Assembly (NCBI GenBank): GCA_963829055.1
Contig: CAWHHI010000012.1
Span: 384,001-448,000 of the forward strand
DNA: 64,000 nucleotides
From: an uncultured Gemmatimonadaceae bacterium
Lineage (GTDB): Bacteria; Gemmatimonadota; Gemmatimonadetes; Gemmatimonadales; Gemmatimonadaceae
Direction of reading: 5' to 3'
Of this stretch, positions 31,086 through 41,849 are shown in pieces. The notes under the pieces are model-generated. The model searched no databases, was not told where the DNA came from, and was given only the letters and a program-made list of their open reading frames with translations. Position 1 is the stretch's first letter. Each line of letters starts with the position of its first letter. The position numbers and the translations under genes were made by a program.

Positions 31086-33638
31086 TCACCACGGAATGTC
31101 CTCACCGAACGGATCACCCGGCGGCGGACGAAGTGCCGGGCTCGGCGTCGGAAGCTCGCGACGCTCGATCCAGCGTACGAAGTCGCCGGCAAGGCTCGCG
31201 AAGTGCGCGCGCTGCTCGACCGTGCCCGCGCGTGACTGGCTGCGCGCTCGCGGCAGCAGCTCCGTGATCTTCAGCTCCGCCATCGCCCGGACCTCCGGCG
31301 CCGCACCGCTGTCGGCGGCGAGCGAGAGCAACCGGTCGGCGACAGCGCGCTGTGCGACGCGCGACAGCGCCGCCATCTTCGGCGAGGCGGGAGCGGCACG
31401 ACCCCATGTTCCATCGATGAGCGCGTCGATCGTCTGCGCCAGCGTTAGGCTGCGCTCGCCGTACGCCCCCTGCTGCACGAGACGGGCAGCCCGTTCGCGT
31501 TGGAGGACGCCGTCGACGATCATCTGCGCGAGCGTGCGGGCGGCGCCGAGCTCATCGAATGCCGGTCGAGTGCGCGTTCCGAACAGCTCGACGGACCCGC
31601 TGTACGAGAATGGCCGCGGCGCGAGCAGCGTCAGGACGGTGTCGGGGATCGCGAGCTCCGCTGGCTGTAGTCCCGCGACGAGCGCGGCAAGCGCCTGTCG
31701 TTGCCGCGCGGCACTGACTGGGCGCGATGCCTGCTGGCCATCGCCCGCGAGCGCGTTGCTGTACTCGAGCCCTCCAACCGCCTTCGTCGTGGAGTTGATC
31801 GCGAAGCGGTGGAAGAAGTAGAGCGGCGCAAAACGCTCCTGCAGCAGCGCCACCGGCTCGCCGGGTCGAAGATTCGCGAGTCCGAATCGGCTCATCGCCA
31901 CGCGGCGTACGTCCGTCTGATGCCGAAGGAATTCCAGCTCGGTCGCGGCGTCGTCCCAGAGATTCGTGCGCGGGTCCGAGGCGAAGTCGGGACGTGCGTC
32001 GTTGTCGGAGAGAAACAGATAGCCTTTGCGCAGCCCCTCGCGCACGATGGCGTCGAGCGAGTCTCGCTCGCTTGCCGCCGGGAACGTTCCGTACGCCCAG
32101 TGCACTGCCCACACGTCATAGGGGCCCGGGCCGCGGTCATAGGCGGCGCTCAGGTCGATCTGACCGGCGGCGTTGAGCCTAACGCGCGGTGCCGGATAGT
32201 CCATGACTGACCCGCGCTCGTACGTGCTGGCGATGTAGTTGTGCGCCATGCCGATCGTGTGGCCGATCTCGTGGGCCGTCACCTGACGGATGCGCGCGAG
32301 AATGAACGCGGTGTCCGCGGCCGCCGGCGCAGCGCCCACCAGGGCCGCGTAGATGTTGTAGTCGGTGCGATTGCGATGCGAGTCCATGTGGGCGACACCC
32401 TTGATGATCTGCCCGGTGCGTGGATCGCCCTGCGAGCCACCGAACGACCAGCCGCGTTCGTTGCGGTTCACCCACATCACCGCGTTATAGCGAGCGTCCA
32501 TCGGGTCGGCGTCGGCAGGTAGCATCTCCACGCGGAACCCTCCGCGAAGTCCGGCCTGGTTGAACGCCTCCTCCCAGAACCGAGCCCCCTGCACCGTCGC
32601 GGTCCGCAACGGTTCAGGAATGCCCGGGTCGATGTAATAGATGATGGGCTTCCGGAACCCGCTGTTCGGATCGTTAGGGTTCGTGCGCTCGAGTCGGTGG
32701 CGCGAGATCCAGCGCTGCTCGAGCGAGCCCTGGATCGGCTGTGAGTAATCCTTGAATGTGATACCGAAGAATCCGACGCGCGGATCGAGCACGCGCGGCC
32801 GGTAGCCCGCGTCAGGCAACTGCACGAACGAGATGTGTTGTCGCAGCGTAAACGCGCGGCCGTCAGGCACGATGGATGAGACGGTGCCGCCGGGCCTGCC
32901 CTGCGCCGCGAACGTCAGCGCGACGTCGATCTCCGTGTTCTCGGGAAATGCTTTCGTGTGGGCCCGGTCGATGCTCGAGCGGTCGCGCGCGAAGGAGTAG
33001 TTGCCCTCGTTGCTCCCCGCGAGCGTCCCACTGATGTCGAGCCAATCGCGGTACACGAAGTCGGTCGCGTCGACCAGCAGGCGACCGCCCTCGACGGCGA
33101 GCAGCGGCAGCGCCGCAACGGTGCTCGCTGGAAACGACTCGGCCACGGTCTTCGCCAGGCCGGCGTCGCTCTGCGACGTACCGCGATAGCTCCAGTTCTC
33201 GAAGACCACCAGGACGTGGTCGCCGTTGCGGTCGAAGCGGGCAACCTGGTCGGGCCCGTTGGCGCCGCGGTCGATGCCGATCGGATTGGAGCCGAGCCCG
33301 GTGGATTGCAGGAAGAACGCGAGCACGCGCAACGAGTCGCGCGGGATCTCGAGAAAGAGTCGCCCCTGACGATCGTCGAGATAGATCGGGATGAGACCGT
33401 CGCGGCGCTCCATACCCGTTGTCCGCGAGGCAATGCTGGTCGCGATCGGTGCGGCCTGCCCCGATCCCCCGCCGCTGCCCGCCGGAGCGTTAGGCGACCC
33501 GCCACCCTGGGGAGCGGCGGTCTCCGGCACGCGCGCCGGAGCAGGCGTGGGTGACGGGGTCGCGGACTTGCACCCCGCGATGATCAGCGTCGCGATGATG
33601 AGCGTCGCGACGGCCCCGAGCGAACGAGCTGCACGCAT
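31086..33638 (-). CDS. Zn-dependent metalloprotease lipoprotein (DUF5117/DUF4953-type)
   Basis: Lipobox IAGC, DPRVGFF, HEIGHTIGMAHN, Met-turn SVMDY. Confidence 0.88.
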   Translation of the reverse strand: MRAARSLGAVATLIIATLIIAGCKSATPSPTPAPARVPETAAPQGGGSPNAPAGSGGGSGQAAPIATSIASRTTGMERRDGLIPIYLDDRQGRLFLEIPRDSLRVLAFFLQSTGLGSNPIGIDRGANGPDQVARFDRNGDHVLVVFENWSYRGTSQSDAGLAKTVAESFPASTVAALPLLAVEGGRLLVDATDFVYRDWLDISGTLAGSNEGNYSFARDRSSIDRAHTKAFPENTEIDVALTFAAQGRPGGTVSSIVPDGRAFTLRQHISFVQLPDAGYRPRVLDPRVGFFGITFKDYSQPIQGSLEQRWISRHRLERTNPNDPNSGFRKPIIYYIDPGIPEPLRTATVQGARFWEEAFNQAGLRGGFRVEMLPADADPMDARYNAVMWVNRNERGWSFGGSQGDPRTGQIIKGVAHMDSHRNRTDYNIYAALVGAAPAAADTAFILARIRQVTAHEIGHTIGMAHNYIASTYERGSVMDYPAPRVRLNAAGQIDLSAAYDRGPGPYDVWAVHWAYGTFPAASERDSLDAIVREGLRKGYLFLSDNDARPDFASDPRTNLWDDAATELEFLRHQTDVRRVAMSRFGLANLRPGEPVALLQERFAPLYFFHRFAINSTTKAVGGLEYSNALAGDGQQASRPVSAARQRQALAALVAGLQPAELAIPDTVLTLLAPRPFSYSGSVELFGTRTRPAFDELGAARTLAQMIVDGVLQRERAARLVQQGAYGERSLTLAQTIDALIDGTWGRAAPASPKMAALSRVAQRAVADRLLSLAADSGAAPEVRAMAELKITELLPRARSQSRAGTVEQRAHFASLAGDFVRWIERRELPTPSPALRPPPGDPFGEDIPW

Positions 33639-34089
33639 GTGGTCGGTGTGTGTCGGTCAATGAAGGGAGGTATCGTGAGCGACGGCGAATGTCTGCCCGG
33701 TGCTGGGCGGGCGCAAGCGAGTGGTCGCGGTTAACTGGGAGTTTCCGTTAGAGCAGAACTGCTTCGACACACATCCAGAATCGAGAGTGTGAACGGAAAC
33801 ACCCGGAAACACCTGAAACGGCCCGATCCGATCGCGACCCGGACAGATCGTGGAGCGGCGCTCATCGAAAAGGGAACGGCTTCGTGAGACCATGCGTCGC
33901 CGAGCCGTCCCCCTTTCAATGGCGGCTCATTGCGTCGTCGCCTGTGCCGTCATGCGACCGATCCGCCCGATCCGCTGTTTCCGGCCGTTTCGGCCAGCAC
34001 GCTGGGTTCTGGATGCTTGTCGAAGCAGGGCTCGGGATCTTCGGTGGTGATTGCTGCTTGTGTTCCAGCATCCAGCGACCGAAATCGGC

Positions 34090-34332
34090 CTACCGCCTGA
34101 GCATGTCCCGCAGGACGATCAGGATCAGGACGATCGCGATGATGCTGAAGCAGATCGACGATATGCTCCAGCCGACGCCTGGTCGCGAAGCGGCGGCGAC
34201 GCTGAGACCGAGCGCTCCGATCGCGATCGCGAGCGGAGACACCCAGGCAGGAATGCGAGAGCGCTCTCGGCGCGACGCCAGCCACAGCAGTGCCGCGCCA
34301 ATGAGGAGAGTTGCCGCCAACGCCAGTCGCAC
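34090..34332 (-). CDS. Small membrane protein
   Basis: 80 aa with three hydrophobic segments. Confidence 0.5.
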   Translation of the reverse strand: MRLALAATLLIGAALLWLASRRERSRIPAWVSPLAIAIGALGLSVAAASRPGVGWSISSICFSIIAIVLILIVLRDMLRR

Positions 34333-34374
34333 CTGACCGCCCCCGCTCGTGAAGCCGTGTCGCGATCGCTGGCG

Positions 34375-35082
34375 CTAGTTCGCGTCGGCGATGATCGACA
34401 GTGCGGTCGGTAGACCGCCGCCGGGCGCGTCCGTCAGCAGCAACGTGCGCACCGAGCCGCTGGCGAGCGTGAGATTACCGGAATCGACGATCACAGTACC
34501 GGACGCACCAAGCCGCGTGACGCGAACGCGGTAGGTTCCCGGCATCACCGCGGCGTAGTCAGAGGAGGCCGCGAAGACGAGGAGCGGGATGACAGGCGTC
34601 GCGGACGAGAGATCCGTTGTCGGCGCGGTCACGTACACCGAGACCGGTCCCGGAGCGGCGGCGACATGGACGATGCGGAGCGTCGCCTGGCCCGCGGGTG
34701 CCGTCGGGTTGTCGGCAATGAACAGCGCGCCGAACTGCCCGAGGCCGGGCGCCGGAATCAGGCTGAACGCGCCCTGGCTGTTGAGGTCTCGCGTGAAGTC
34801 GACGAGCGTCGTGCCGGTGTTGGTGGCCTGTGCCTGCAGACGGTGCGACCCCAGCGTCACCGGGACGTAGGGTGACGCCGAACCGAAGCCGACCGCCGAT
34901 GATGCCACCTGTGCGTCGACAACGAACGACAGGGACGGCGAAGTCGTGAGCGCATTCAGCAGCCGTACGCTGACACCGTCCACGGGGCCAGTGACCAGCA
35001 CACCACTCGCGCGCCCATCGCAGGCGACCGACGTGGCAACAAGCAGCAGAGCGGAGACGGTCGTACGGAGTCGACGGCGCAT
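34375..35082 (-). CDS. DUF4397-type lipoprotein
   Basis: Lipobox SVAC, VRLLNA, LRIVHVAAAPGPVSVYVT, GTYRVRVT. Confidence 0.75.
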   Translation of the reverse strand: MRRRLRTTVSALLLVATSVACDGRASGVLVTGPVDGVSVRLLNALTTSPSLSFVVDAQVASSAVGFGSASPYVPVTLGSHRLQAQATNTGTTLVDFTRDLNSQGAFSLIPAPGLGQFGALFIADNPTAPAGQATLRIVHVAAAPGPVSVYVTAPTTDLSSATPVIPLLVFAASSDYAAVMPGTYRVRVTRLGASGTVIVDSGNLTLASGSVRTLLLTDAPGGGLPTALSIIADAN

Positions 35083-35239
35083 GGGCGGGGTCCTCGCGTG
35101 GGATCGGTGCCTGGCTACGAACGCTATCGTGGCGAGTGCCCTCGCGTCGGTGAGCGGACTCACCGGCGCCAGGCACCCAATCGCTGACCCTCCACGCTCG
35201 ACCGGCCACCCCGACCAAGGCCGATCAACTGGCGATCCC

Positions 35240-35614
35240 TTACGCTTGTTCGTTGCCGTTGAGGGAACGCGGGTCCGCGGGCGCGACGTCCGCCCGCGAA
35301 GGCGTGGCCCGGCGCTCAGCCGATTTCTCCGCTGAGTCGAGCGAGTCACCGACATTTGCAACACGATGCTGTGCCGACCTGAACCGTGCAACCACCGTGC
35401 TCGCGCGATCGAGTAGCGACTCGAGTTGCATCGGGCTGAGCCCGCGCCAGTCGTCCGGGTAGTGCCACAGCCGCCTAACCTCGAGATCACTCTCGAATCG
35501 CAACCAGGTCGTTCCCGGCGGAACGACCGCCGCGATCGACCGCGCCTCTTCGGCGCCATCTTCCCTAACGATCCAAACCACACCGTCGCTATCGGTGAAT
35601 ACCGTCTTCTCCAT
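35240..35614 (-). CDS. Hypothetical protein
   Basis: FTDSDGVVWIVRE...WLRFES..EVRRLW.YPDDW; RBS-like GAGG. Confidence 0.6.
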   Translation of the reverse strand: MEKTVFTDSDGVVWIVREDGAEEARSIAAVVPPGTTWLRFESDLEVRRLWHYPDDWRGLSPMQLESLLDRASTVVARFRSAQHRVANVGDSLDSAEKSAERRATPSRADVAPADPRSLNGNEQA

Positions 35615-35788
35615 TCGCCCTCATCTGCACTGAAAATCCGGGTAACCGACTGCAAGTAATCCGCCAACCCGCTCGTACACCCGTCGCTTGCCCGAACGTG
35701 GACGGGCAGACTGACCGATCTTCTCGGGTTGATGACGCCGCCGAGCGACTCCGTGCGGAGATGGCGCGAGGCGATTACATCTCGCGTG

Positions 35789-36046
35789 ATGAGCCAGAAC
35801 GGCGACGACCCAGACTACGATCCCGAAGAGGATTTCCCGCTCGGTGACGGCACAGCTGAAACGGAAGCCACCGTGGTGTGTCCCTACTGCGGCGAGGAAA
35901 ACGAGATCGCACTCGACCCCGGCAGCGGCGCCTCGCAGGAGTACATTGAGGACTGTCAGGTGTGCTGCCGTCCGTGGCGCGTGATGGTATCGTACAACGA
36001 GGAGGGCGACGTGCATGTCGATGTGGAGGCCGCCGACGATGCCTGA
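35789..36046 (+). CDS. CPXCG-motif cysteine-rich protein
   Basis: CPYCGE...YIEDCQVCCRP. Confidence 0.88.
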   Translation: MSQNGDDPDYDPEEDFPLGDGTAETEATVVCPYCGEENEIALDPGSGASQEYIEDCQVCCRPWRVMVSYNEEGDVHVDVEAADDA

Positions 36047-37046
36047 GACTCGAGAACGCGTGAGAGAGCCTGCGATGTGGCCAGTCGACCTCGACGCGAT
36101 CGCCAGCGCCCGCGAGCGCATCGCGCCGTACGTGCCACCGTCTCCGCTGCGGAGCTACGGCGTGCTCGACGCCGAGGTGGGGGTCGGGATTCGGGTGATG
36201 GTGAAGCACGAGAACTTCAATCCAACGGGATCGTTCAAGGTCCGTAACGCGTTCTCGTTCATGACGGCGCTGAGCCAGGATGAGCGCCGGTACGGCATCG
36301 TCGCGGCCACGCGCGGTAACCACGGGCTCGGACTGGCGTACGCCGGCAGGACGTTCGACGTCCCGGTCACGATCTGTGTCCCGTTAGGCAACAACCCGGA
36401 GAAGAACGCCGGCATGCGCGCGCTCGGCGCGCGTCTCATCGAGGAAGGGCGCGACTACGACGAGTCGCTGGCCGTCGCCGAGCGTATCGTGCGCGACGAA
36501 GGTGCACGGCTCGCCCATTCGACGAACGACGCCCGCATCATCGCTGGCGCGGGCACCATGTCACTGGAAATGGCGGAGCAGGATCCGACGCTCGACGCCA
36601 TCGTGATATCAGTGGGCGGAGGATCGCAGGCCGTCGGCGCGATGGCGGTGATGCGCGCGCTCCGCCCGAACGTCCGTGTGTACGGGGTGCAGGCGGCCGG
36701 TGCGCCCGCGACGCACGACTCGTGGCACGCGGGCGTGCCGCAGACGACCGACCGCGCGGTGACCATCGCCGACGGGCTGGCGACGCGCAGCACGTACGAG
36801 CTGACGTTCCCTGCCCTCCGCGAGGGACTCGCCGACTTCATCACGGTGACCGAGGCCGAGATCGCGAGCGCGATCCGGCTTCTGCTGCGCACCACGCACT
36901 CGCTCGTCGAAGGCGCTGGCGCGACGGGAATGGCGGGGCTGCTGGCGCTGCGCGAGCGACTCGCGGGCCAGCGCGTCGCCGTCGTGATCAGTGGCGGAAA
37001 CATCGATGCGCAGACGCTGCGTCGGGTCGTGACCCAGGAGATCTGA
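36039..37046 (+). CDS. PLP-dependent threonine/serine dehydratase
   Basis: PTGSFKVR, TRGNHG, VGGGS, IADGL, VEGAGA, SGGN. Confidence 0.9.
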   Translation: MPETRERVREPAMWPVDLDAIASARERIAPYVPPSPLRSYGVLDAEVGVGIRVMVKHENFNPTGSFKVRNAFSFMTALSQDERRYGIVAATRGNHGLGLAYAGRTFDVPVTICVPLGNNPEKNAGMRALGARLIEEGRDYDESLAVAERIVRDEGARLAHSTNDARIIAGAGTMSLEMAEQDPTLDAIVISVGGGSQAVGAMAVMRALRPNVRVYGVQAAGAPATHDSWHAGVPQTTDRAVTIADGLATRSTYELTFPALREGLADFITVTEAEIASAIRLLLRTTHSLVEGAGATGMAGLLALRERLAGQRVAVVISGGNIDAQTLRRVVTQEI

Positions 37047-37060
37047 TCGCGGCAGCGGTC

Positions 37061-37196
37061 GTCATTCCGAGCGGAGGCCGGAGGCGCGGAGTCGAGGAAT
37101 CGTTGACGTCCCGGTAGAGAGCCCTCTACGGGGAGAGCAAGGATTCCTCATCGCCCACGTTCGGTGGGCTCCCGGCTCCGCTCGCTCGGAATGACG
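37061..37196. repeat. Palindromic REP-like element GTCATTCCGAGCG...CGCTCGGAATGAC
   Basis: Terminal IR plus inner GAGGAATC/GATTCCTC pairing, between convergent genes. Confidence 0.8.
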
Positions 37197-37204
37197 GCCC
37201 TGCG

Positions 37205-37876
37205 CTAGTTGGCGACGGGCGTGCCGCCGACGCCTCCGCCAGCAACGCCTAACGCGACCAGGCGGCAGATCTCGGGGGCGATCGCCGAGAGCGGAAGCAC
37301 GAACGAGACCGCCCCGGACTCGATTGCCTCGCGCGGCATGCTGAAGAACTGCGAGCTCGCCTCGTCCTGTGCGATGACGACCCCGCCATGCCGATGAACG
37401 ACCGGAACCCCGTCCGAGCCGTCGTTCCCGGTCCCCGTGAGAATGATCGCCAGCGTGCGCGATCCAAACGCCTGCGCCGCCGATGCGAACAACATGTCCA
37501 CGGACGGGCGGGAGTAGTGGATCCGCGGCGATTGCACGAGCAGGAGGGTACCGTCGGCTTTGAAGACCACGTGGTGATTCGGCGGAGCGACGTGCACCGT
37601 GCCAGCCTCGAGCCGGCCTCCGTCCACTGCCCACTGGACGCGCAGCCGCGTGCGCCGCGCGAGCACATCCACGAGCAGGCTCGGACGATCCGGACTCAGA
37701 TGCAGCACGAGCACCACCGGCACCGGAAACGCGCTCGGCAAGCCATCGAGCAGCGCGGCCACCGCGGACAGACCACCGGCTGACGTACCTATCACCACGA
37801 CATCGAACGCTGGCGAGGCACCGCCGGTCGGCGTCCGTGCATCGGCCGCTCCCGGTCGTACCCGTTGCGGGATCAC
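37205..37876 (-). CDS. Stand-alone CheB-type methylesterase
   Basis: GTSAGG, LHL, RPSVD, LTGTGNDG, QDEASS, MP; no REC domain. Confidence 0.9.
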   Translation of the reverse strand: MIPQRVRPGAADARTPTGGASPAFDVVVIGTSAGGLSAVAALLDGLPSAFPVPVVLVLHLSPDRPSLLVDVLARRTRLRVQWAVDGGRLEAGTVHVAPPNHHVVFKADGTLLLVQSPRIHYSRPSVDMLFASAAQAFGSRTLAIILTGTGNDGSDGVPVVHRHGGVVIAQDEASSQFFSMPREAIESGAVSFVLPLSAIAPEICRLVALGVAGGGVGGTPVAN

Positions 37877-37898
37877 AGGCTGCTCGATTCACGAGGAC

Positions 37899-37971
37899 CC
37901 GGCGCCACGCGCCGGTACAAAGTGCCGGCGCCACGCGCCGGTACAAAGTGCCGGCGCCACGCGCCGGTACA
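37899..37971. repeat. 26-bp tandem repeat, ~2.8 copies
   Basis: Unit ccggcgccacgcgccggtacaaagtg. Confidence 0.9.
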
Positions 37972-37996
37972 GCCAGCGCGAGCGCGACGCAGGATG

Positions 37997-39865
37997 CTAC
38001 GATAGCGATGCGTCCGGCGTTGCGCGAGAGAGAGAAAGTTCGAAGGTCGAGCCAACCCCCGGTTCGCTCTCCAGCGTGAGGTCGCCGCCCATCGCGTGCG
38101 CGAGCCCGCGACTGATCGCGAGTCCGAGCCCGACGCCTTCCGACGTCGAACCGCTGCCTCGATGCACCTGCACGAACGGATCGAACACAATCGCCTGCTT
38201 CGAGTGCGGGATGCCAATGCCCGTGTCGTGCACCGCGATCACGATGCGACCCTCGTCGGCGAAACACTTCACCTGCACCGTTCCGCCCGCGGGCGTGAAC
38301 TTCACGGCGTTCGTCAGGAGATTCAGCAGCACCTGCCGCAGCTTGTCGGCGTCGCCCATCGCGATCAGTTCGCCGTCAGCACACTCCACCGTGGTTGCGA
38401 TCGACCGCGCCGTGGCCTGCGGCGCAATGAGTTCGACCATATCCGTGACCGCGTCTCGTACCGACAGCGGTGATACCAGCGCGGCGACGTCGCCTCGCTC
38501 GATTCGGGCAGAGTTGAGCAGCTCGTTGATGAGACCGAGCAGGTGCCGTTCGGCGCGGAGGATGCGGCGAAGGTCCTCCGCTTGCTCCGCCGTGACCGGG
38601 CCGCGCACACCCATTTCGAGCAGCTGCGCGTAGCCGCCGATCGCATTGAGCGGTGTCCGCAGCTCGTGGCTCAGCGTCGCGAGGAACTCGCTCTTCGCGC
38701 GACTCGCTGCTTCCGCAGCAGAGCGCGCGGTGCGTTCGGTGAACAGCGCCCGTTCGCGCGCGTGGGCGCGATGCTCGCTCGTGACATCTTCGTGCGTCAC
38801 GACGGCCATCGGTGGCTCGGGCCCCTCGCACCGCGTCGCACGCAGTGCGTACCACGAGTCGGTCGCGCTGCTCTCGTACTCGGTGTCGGTGCCAACGGCA
38901 TCGGAATAGAGCGCGTCCACCGTCGACTCTTCGCCTTGCAGAACGCGCAGCACCGCCGACTGCGCCACGGCGGCGCCCGTGTGTCCATCGGCGATCGCTC
39001 GCGCGCACAGGTCGAGATAGTTGGAGCCGGCACCTGCCGCGTCGAACAGCCCCGCTGGCGATTCCGCGTCTCGCCATGCTCGGTTCACGGTGACGATCGT
39101 GCCATCGGCCAGGACGACCGCGACGTGCGTCGAGAGCGCGTCGATCGCGGAACGCAGAATCGCGGCGGGAGTGCGCTCCCACACGACGCCGGCACGACGG
39201 TTGGACACGTCGCGAATGAGCCAGCGGAGCCCGGTGACGTTACCGCGAGCGTCGAGCAGCGGACTCGCGGCGACGAGTGCGCGCATCGGCTCTCCGTCCC
39301 GCGGCGTGAGCGCGACGGTCCACGCTTCTTCCGCACCGCTCCACGCGTGCGCGATACACGCGGACACGGAATGCTCGGCGATCGGCCGGCACGACGAACA
39401 CCGCGAGTGGCTTGCCGACGAGGTAGTCAACGGGAAGGTTCAGCAACGCGCCCGCCGTGCGATTGGCCTCGCGGATCACGCCATTCACGTCGGTGATGAT
39501 GTGCCCTTCGGACGCCACCTCGAACAGCTCGCGAAAGCGCTCGCGCTCGGCGTCGAGCAGGTGCCGCGCGTGCTCCAGCTCGACAGCATGCCGGCGCAGT
39601 TGCGCCTGCGCGTTGGCCAATTGCTGCGTCAGGTCGGCGAGCGACGCCGCGAGTGCGGCGGACGTCGACGCAGTCGATGGCGGTGGCAGCGGCAGATCAT
39701 CCGCCTGCCGTCGCGTCCGCTCGTCTGCTCGCGCGCTTCCCGCGCATCGAGCGCGTCGCGCTGTGCGTCGCTCGGCGGCCGCGCCTGCTGCTCCGGCCCC
39801 CGCATGCCGTGCGGCACCTCGACATCGGGGTGTCGGTCGTTCGCCTGGAATCGGTCAATCGCCAT
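37997..39865 (-). CDS. PAS sensor histidine kinase (frameshifted)
   Basis: PAS segments, [25 protein letters not shown]. Confidence 0.85.
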
Positions 39866-39959
39866 CTAGCCCTCGCTCACACCAGCCGTCGCGTCCGCTC
39901 GTCCGATCGTGCCTAACGCGACCAATCCGGCGTTCCGGATCACTGCGGTCACCCGTCGG

Positions 39960-41849
39960 TCACCCGTCGGTCACGGGCTGCGGCGACGCACCCACCGCCA
40001 TCGATCGTGCGCCCGCTTCCTCCATCACGACAATCACGCCGCGGACCTCGGCGCTGCCCGACCGGCGCAGCGGGCTGCACGTCACCTCGCATACCATCGG
40101 TTTTCCGCGGCGGTTGATCGCATCGAGCACCGTCACTTCGCCGTCGGACTCTCCCGTCAGACACGATCGGATCGCCTTCGCGAGCGACTGCACGGGCAGG
40201 CCAATGTCGAGCATCATGAAATGTACGCCGCGAACCTCGCTGTCCCGCATGCCCCACAGGTCGAACGCCCTCTCGTTCCAGACTTCGACGCGCAGGTCGC
40301 TATCGAGCACCGCGACACCACCGCGCAGGCTCGCCAGGATCGCTTCCATGAAGTCGTTCACGTCATTCAATTCGTCGCTGCGGTGGCGCAGCTCGTCGTT
40401 GATGGTCGTCAGCTCCTCGTTCGTCGACTGCAGCTCCTCGTTCATTGTCTCGAGCTCTTCGTTCGTCGACTGGAGCTCCTCGTTCGTGGTCTCGAGCTCC
40501 TCGACGGTCGACTGCAGTTCTTCGTTCGTGGTCTCGAGCTCTTCGTTCGTGGACTGCAACTCCTCGTACGCACGCTCGAGCTCGGCGTTCGACGTCTCCA
40601 GTTCGCGGTGAAGCTGCCGGAAGGCGGTGACGTCATCGAAGCTGATGGCGACACCGAGCATGTGCGCACCGCCGGTGATCGGCGTCGCCTGGACGTCGAG
40701 CCACCGCGTCTCGCCGCCACGGAACGGCCACTCGACGTTGCGAACGACGAGCGGTTTCCGGCTCACAGACGCCTGGTCGATCATCGATCGCAGGTCCGTC
40801 GGCCGGTACGAGAGCTCGAGATCCTGAAACGGTCGTCCGAAGTCGACGCTGCCGAGATTGAACAGCGATCGCGCATGGTCGTTCGCGCCGACGAGCTGCC
40901 CTTTCGCGTCGACAATGATCTGCGCCAGGGGACTCGCGTCCCATGATGTCTCTCGCAAGCGAACCTCCGATGGTACCGGCTCCGAGGCCGGGCCTTGCGC
41001 GGCAACCGCCGCCAGGACGCGGTTCCGACGGTTCGGCTTGGGAACCTTCATGAAAATGCGCCGCTTGAGATCGACCGGTGCGAAGAATTCACTGTGCGAC
41101 AGCAGCGTTTCCGCACGACCGAGCAACAGGTAGCCGGTGTCGCTGAGCGCGAAGTGAAACCGCGCGAGAATCTTCGCTTGCGTTGCCGCGTTGAAGTACA
41201 TGAGCGTGTTGCGGCACACGAGCACGTCGATACGCGAGATCGGCGCATCCTGTACGAGATCGTTGCGACCGAAGATCACGTGGCGGCGCAGGTCCTTCCG
41301 GAAACAGCGCCGGCCATCCACGCGTTCGAAGTACTTCTCGAGCAACTCAGGCGCTATCCCCTCCGTCTGCTTGGCGTCATACGTCGCGTGGCGTCCGACG
41401 GTGAGCGCGTGCTCGTCGACGTCGGTCGCATAGATCTTCACACGCGAGCGAAACGCGTCGTAGCCGAGCGCCTCGGCGAGGACCATGGCGAGCGTGTACG
41501 CCTCCTCGCCCGATGCACACCCGGCGCTCCAGACGCGAATTGGTTCACCCTCCTGCTTGGCCTCGAGGATGCGGGGCACGATGTCGGTCCCCAGCGCCGT
41601 CCATGGCACCTCGTCGCGGAAAAACGCGGTCACGTTGATCAGCACCGTGTTGAAGAGGTGATCGTACTCGGCCGGATTCTCCTCGAGGAAGCGCGCGAAC
41701 TCGCCGTAGTTCATCACGCCGACGGCCTGCATCCGCTTGTCGATGCGCCTCGTTAGGCTCGCCCGCTTGTAGCCGGTGAAGTCGAAGCCGCGCGTGCGCT
41801 TGAGCAGATCGAGAAGCTCGTCGAAGTCGCTCGTACTCTCTGTCGTCAA
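39960..41849 (-). CDS. CheR-type methyltransferase with PAS domains and ELQSTNEELET coiled coil
   Basis: VTAFFRD, RVWSAGCASGEEAY, CRNTLMYF, heptad repeats. Confidence 0.92.
   Translation of the reverse strand: MTTESTSDFDELLDLLKRTRGFDFTGYKRASLTRRIDKRMQAVGVMNYGEFARFLEENPAEYDHLFNTVLINVTAFFRDEVPWTALGTDIVPRILEAKQEGEPIRVWSAGCASGEEAYTLAMVLAEALGYDAFRSRVKIYATDVDEHALTVGRHATYDAKQTEGIAPELLEKYFERVDGRRCFRKDLRRHVIFGRNDLVQDAPISRIDVLVCRNTLMYFNAATQAKILARFHFALSDTGYLLLGRAETLLSHSEFFAPVDLKRRIFMKVPKPNRRNRVLAAVAAQGPASEPVPSEVRLRETSWDASPLAQIIVDAKGQLVGANDHARSLFNLGSVDFGRPFQDLELSYRPTDLRSMIDQASVSRKPLVVRNVEWPFRGGETRWLDVQATPITGGAHMLGVAISFDDVTAFRQLHRELETSNAELERAYEELQSTNEELETTNEELQSTVEELETTNEELQSTNEELETMNEELQSTNEELTTINDELRHRSDELNDVNDFMEAILASLRGGVAVLDSDLRVEVWNERAFDLWGMRDSEVRGVHFMMLDIGLPVQSLAKAIRSCLTGESDGEVTVLDAINRRGKPMVCEVTCSPLRRSGSAEVRGVIVVMEEAGARSMAVGASPQPVTDG

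Noticed and set aside
37899..37971. CRISPR array
   Set aside because: The units are contiguous with no unique spacers, and no cas genes are present.
40380..40600. DNA tandem repeat inside cheR
   Set aside because: Explained by the protein heptad repeats.
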